Below, piece by piece: positions 62,739-64,000 of a DNA stretch of 64,000 nt (within the stretch, counting starts at the first letter, position 1; the number at the start of each line of letters is the position of its first letter). Source of the DNA: an uncultured Spirochaetota bacterium (GTDB taxonomy: Bacteria; Spirochaetota; Brevinematia; Brevinematales; JAOACQ01); assembly GCA_963768055.1 (NCBI GenBank), contig CAVYGN010000002.1, positions 1,024,001 through 1,088,000 on the forward strand. The letters are read 5' to 3'. Position numbers and translations under genes: made by a program. The notes under the pieces were generated by a model, which saw only the letters and a program-made list of their open reading frames with translations, had not been told where the DNA came from and ran no database searches.

Positions 62739-63164
62739 ATGGTAAAAGAAGGTGAGAGGGCCCCGGATTTCAAGCTTCCGGCTGATGACGGTTCTTTTGT
62801 ATCGCTTTCAGATTTTAAGGGTAAGAAGGTCGTATTATATTTTTATCCGAAAGACGATACCCCGGGCTGTACTAAAGAGGCCTGTTCTTTTAGGGATTCT
62901 AACGACCTGTTCATTGAAAAAGGGGCTGCAGTGATAGGAGTCAGCGCCGATGACAGCCAGTCGCACAAGAATTTCCGCAATAAATACAACCTGCCCTTTT
63001 ATCTGCTCTCGGACGCGGGGCATAAAGTAATGGAGGCATACGGCGCCTGGGTTGAAAAAACTATCCGTTCCACATTCATCATTGATGAAAAGGGCAATGT
63101 AATAAAGGTGTTTCCACAGGTAAATCCTGAAAAACATGCCGACGAGGTCCTTAAATTTCTTTAG
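62739..63164 (+). CDS. bcp: Peroxiredoxin BCP
   Basis: YFYPKDDTPGCTKEAC. Confidence 0.93.
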   Translation: MVKEGERAPDFKLPADDGSFVSLSDFKGKKVVLYFYPKDDTPGCTKEACSFRDSNDLFIEKGAAVIGVSADDSQSHKNFRNKYNLPFYLLSDAGHKVMEAYGAWVEKTIRSTFIIDEKGNVIKVFPQVNPEKHADEVLKFL

Positions 63165-63390
63165 GGCAGTTCTAATAACTCAAGAATTTTGCCCTTACAG
63201 GACAAGCCCTTTGCATTAACAATCTATCATTTAACTCTATATGCACTTGTGCCCGTTAGGGTATGCCCTATGGGGGCTTCCTATCCGAAGGGCCGAAGGT
63301 ACCCGGAGGGTATATTAAATGCGCCCTGTAAATAAATTGATATTTCAATACTATTGTTATAGAATTTACTCCTTTGAATCGAGAGGGAGT

Positions 63391-64000
63391 ATGTTATATC
63401 GTTTTGTCGTAGTGATCTTATTTTTGACTCATTTCCTGTTCTACGCGGCTTATTCGATAGACAACAGGAAATCCTTTCTTCTGGCCGGTACAGGGCAGGG
63501 AATATATCAATGGGATTTTCGGGGCGACCCTGTCCTTGTCTGGAATAACGAGGGCTTTCCGCCCGAAATAAAAAAGATCCTGCCCGTCCCGTACGGCTTC
63601 TTCGTTTTGACCTCGGCAGGCGTCTTTTTTTCGGAAGATGGGAGGAATTTTCTTGGAAGGAACGAAGGCATTACTTATAAAACTATCAAGGTCATCAATG
63701 ACGGTGAAAAATCGTTTACCAATATCACCGAAGATTTGAAGGATATTGAAGCGGACCCTTCGAATCCGGATAATCTTGTTACCAGCAGCAAGGACAGGGT
63801 TTTCATATCAACAAATGAAGGCGTTTCATGGTTTTCCATCCAGGGCCCGGTACCGTATTCTACTATAAAAACCCTTTCCATAATTTCAAGCCCTGACATA
63901 ACAATATTCCTGGGCCATTCTTTCCAGGGATTCTTTTCATTTACACTCGGCAAAGACGCCTCATGGAAGAAAATGAATACAGGCCTTTATAACTTTTCGA
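63391..64000 (+). CDS. Secreted beta-propeller-like protein, 3' end outside window (absent from the ORF track)
   Basis: GAGGGAG RBS; MLYRFVVVILFL signal; Asp-box-like SEDG and STNEGVSW; the frame appears open to the window end. Confidence 0.65.
   Translation, partial: MLYRFVVVILFLTHFLFYAAYSIDNRKSFLLAGTGQGIYQWDFRGDPVLVWNNEGFPPEIKKILPVPYGFFVLTSAGVFFSEDGRNFLGRNEGITYKTIKVINDGEKSFTNITEDLKDIEADPSNPDNLVTSSKDRVFISTNEGVSWFSIQGPVPYSTIKTLSIISSPDITIFLGHSFQGFFSFTLGKDASWKKMNTGLYNFS

Noticed and set aside
63675..63953. Minus-strand 92-aa ORF
   Set aside because: Antisense to the plus-strand CDS that starts at 63391 and runs off the window

Overview
Chromosomal window from a diderm bacterium, most plausibly a free-living spirochaete. 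This is inferred from the 16S signatures, lipid A genes, an OmpL47-like protein, the bactofilin/M23 pair and CheW; Brevinematia-like placement is a guess. It holds one complete rrn operon (16S, tRNA-Ile, tRNA-Ala, 23S, 5S; about 11.86-16.94 kb) and many core genes (ribBA, murF, thiE, queF, rpsP-khpA-rimM-trmD-rplS-rnhB, lpxA/B/C, degP, glgC, bcp). The left end (1.9-11.6 kb) is an accessory patchwork: an intact IS21 (7-bp target duplication) inside an omptin-like gene, an Mrr nuclease and several gene fragments. The main unexplained features are: (1) inverted triple repeats with a 9-10-nt period that bracket AT-rich cargo like transposase-less cassettes (1977-7092, 37695-38336, 62409-62678, plus an orphan end near 8.55 kb); (2) a DUF2723/TMEM260-like GT-C glycosyltransferase apparently split into two genes in reversed order around other GT-C genes; (3) a second dispersed palindromic element of about 260 bp, in two copies; (4) a consensus sigma-54 promoter before an atypical lpxC, and BlaI/MecI-like operators on the degP promoter. 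No CRISPR array was seen. All family calls come from motif recognition by eye; no searches were run.
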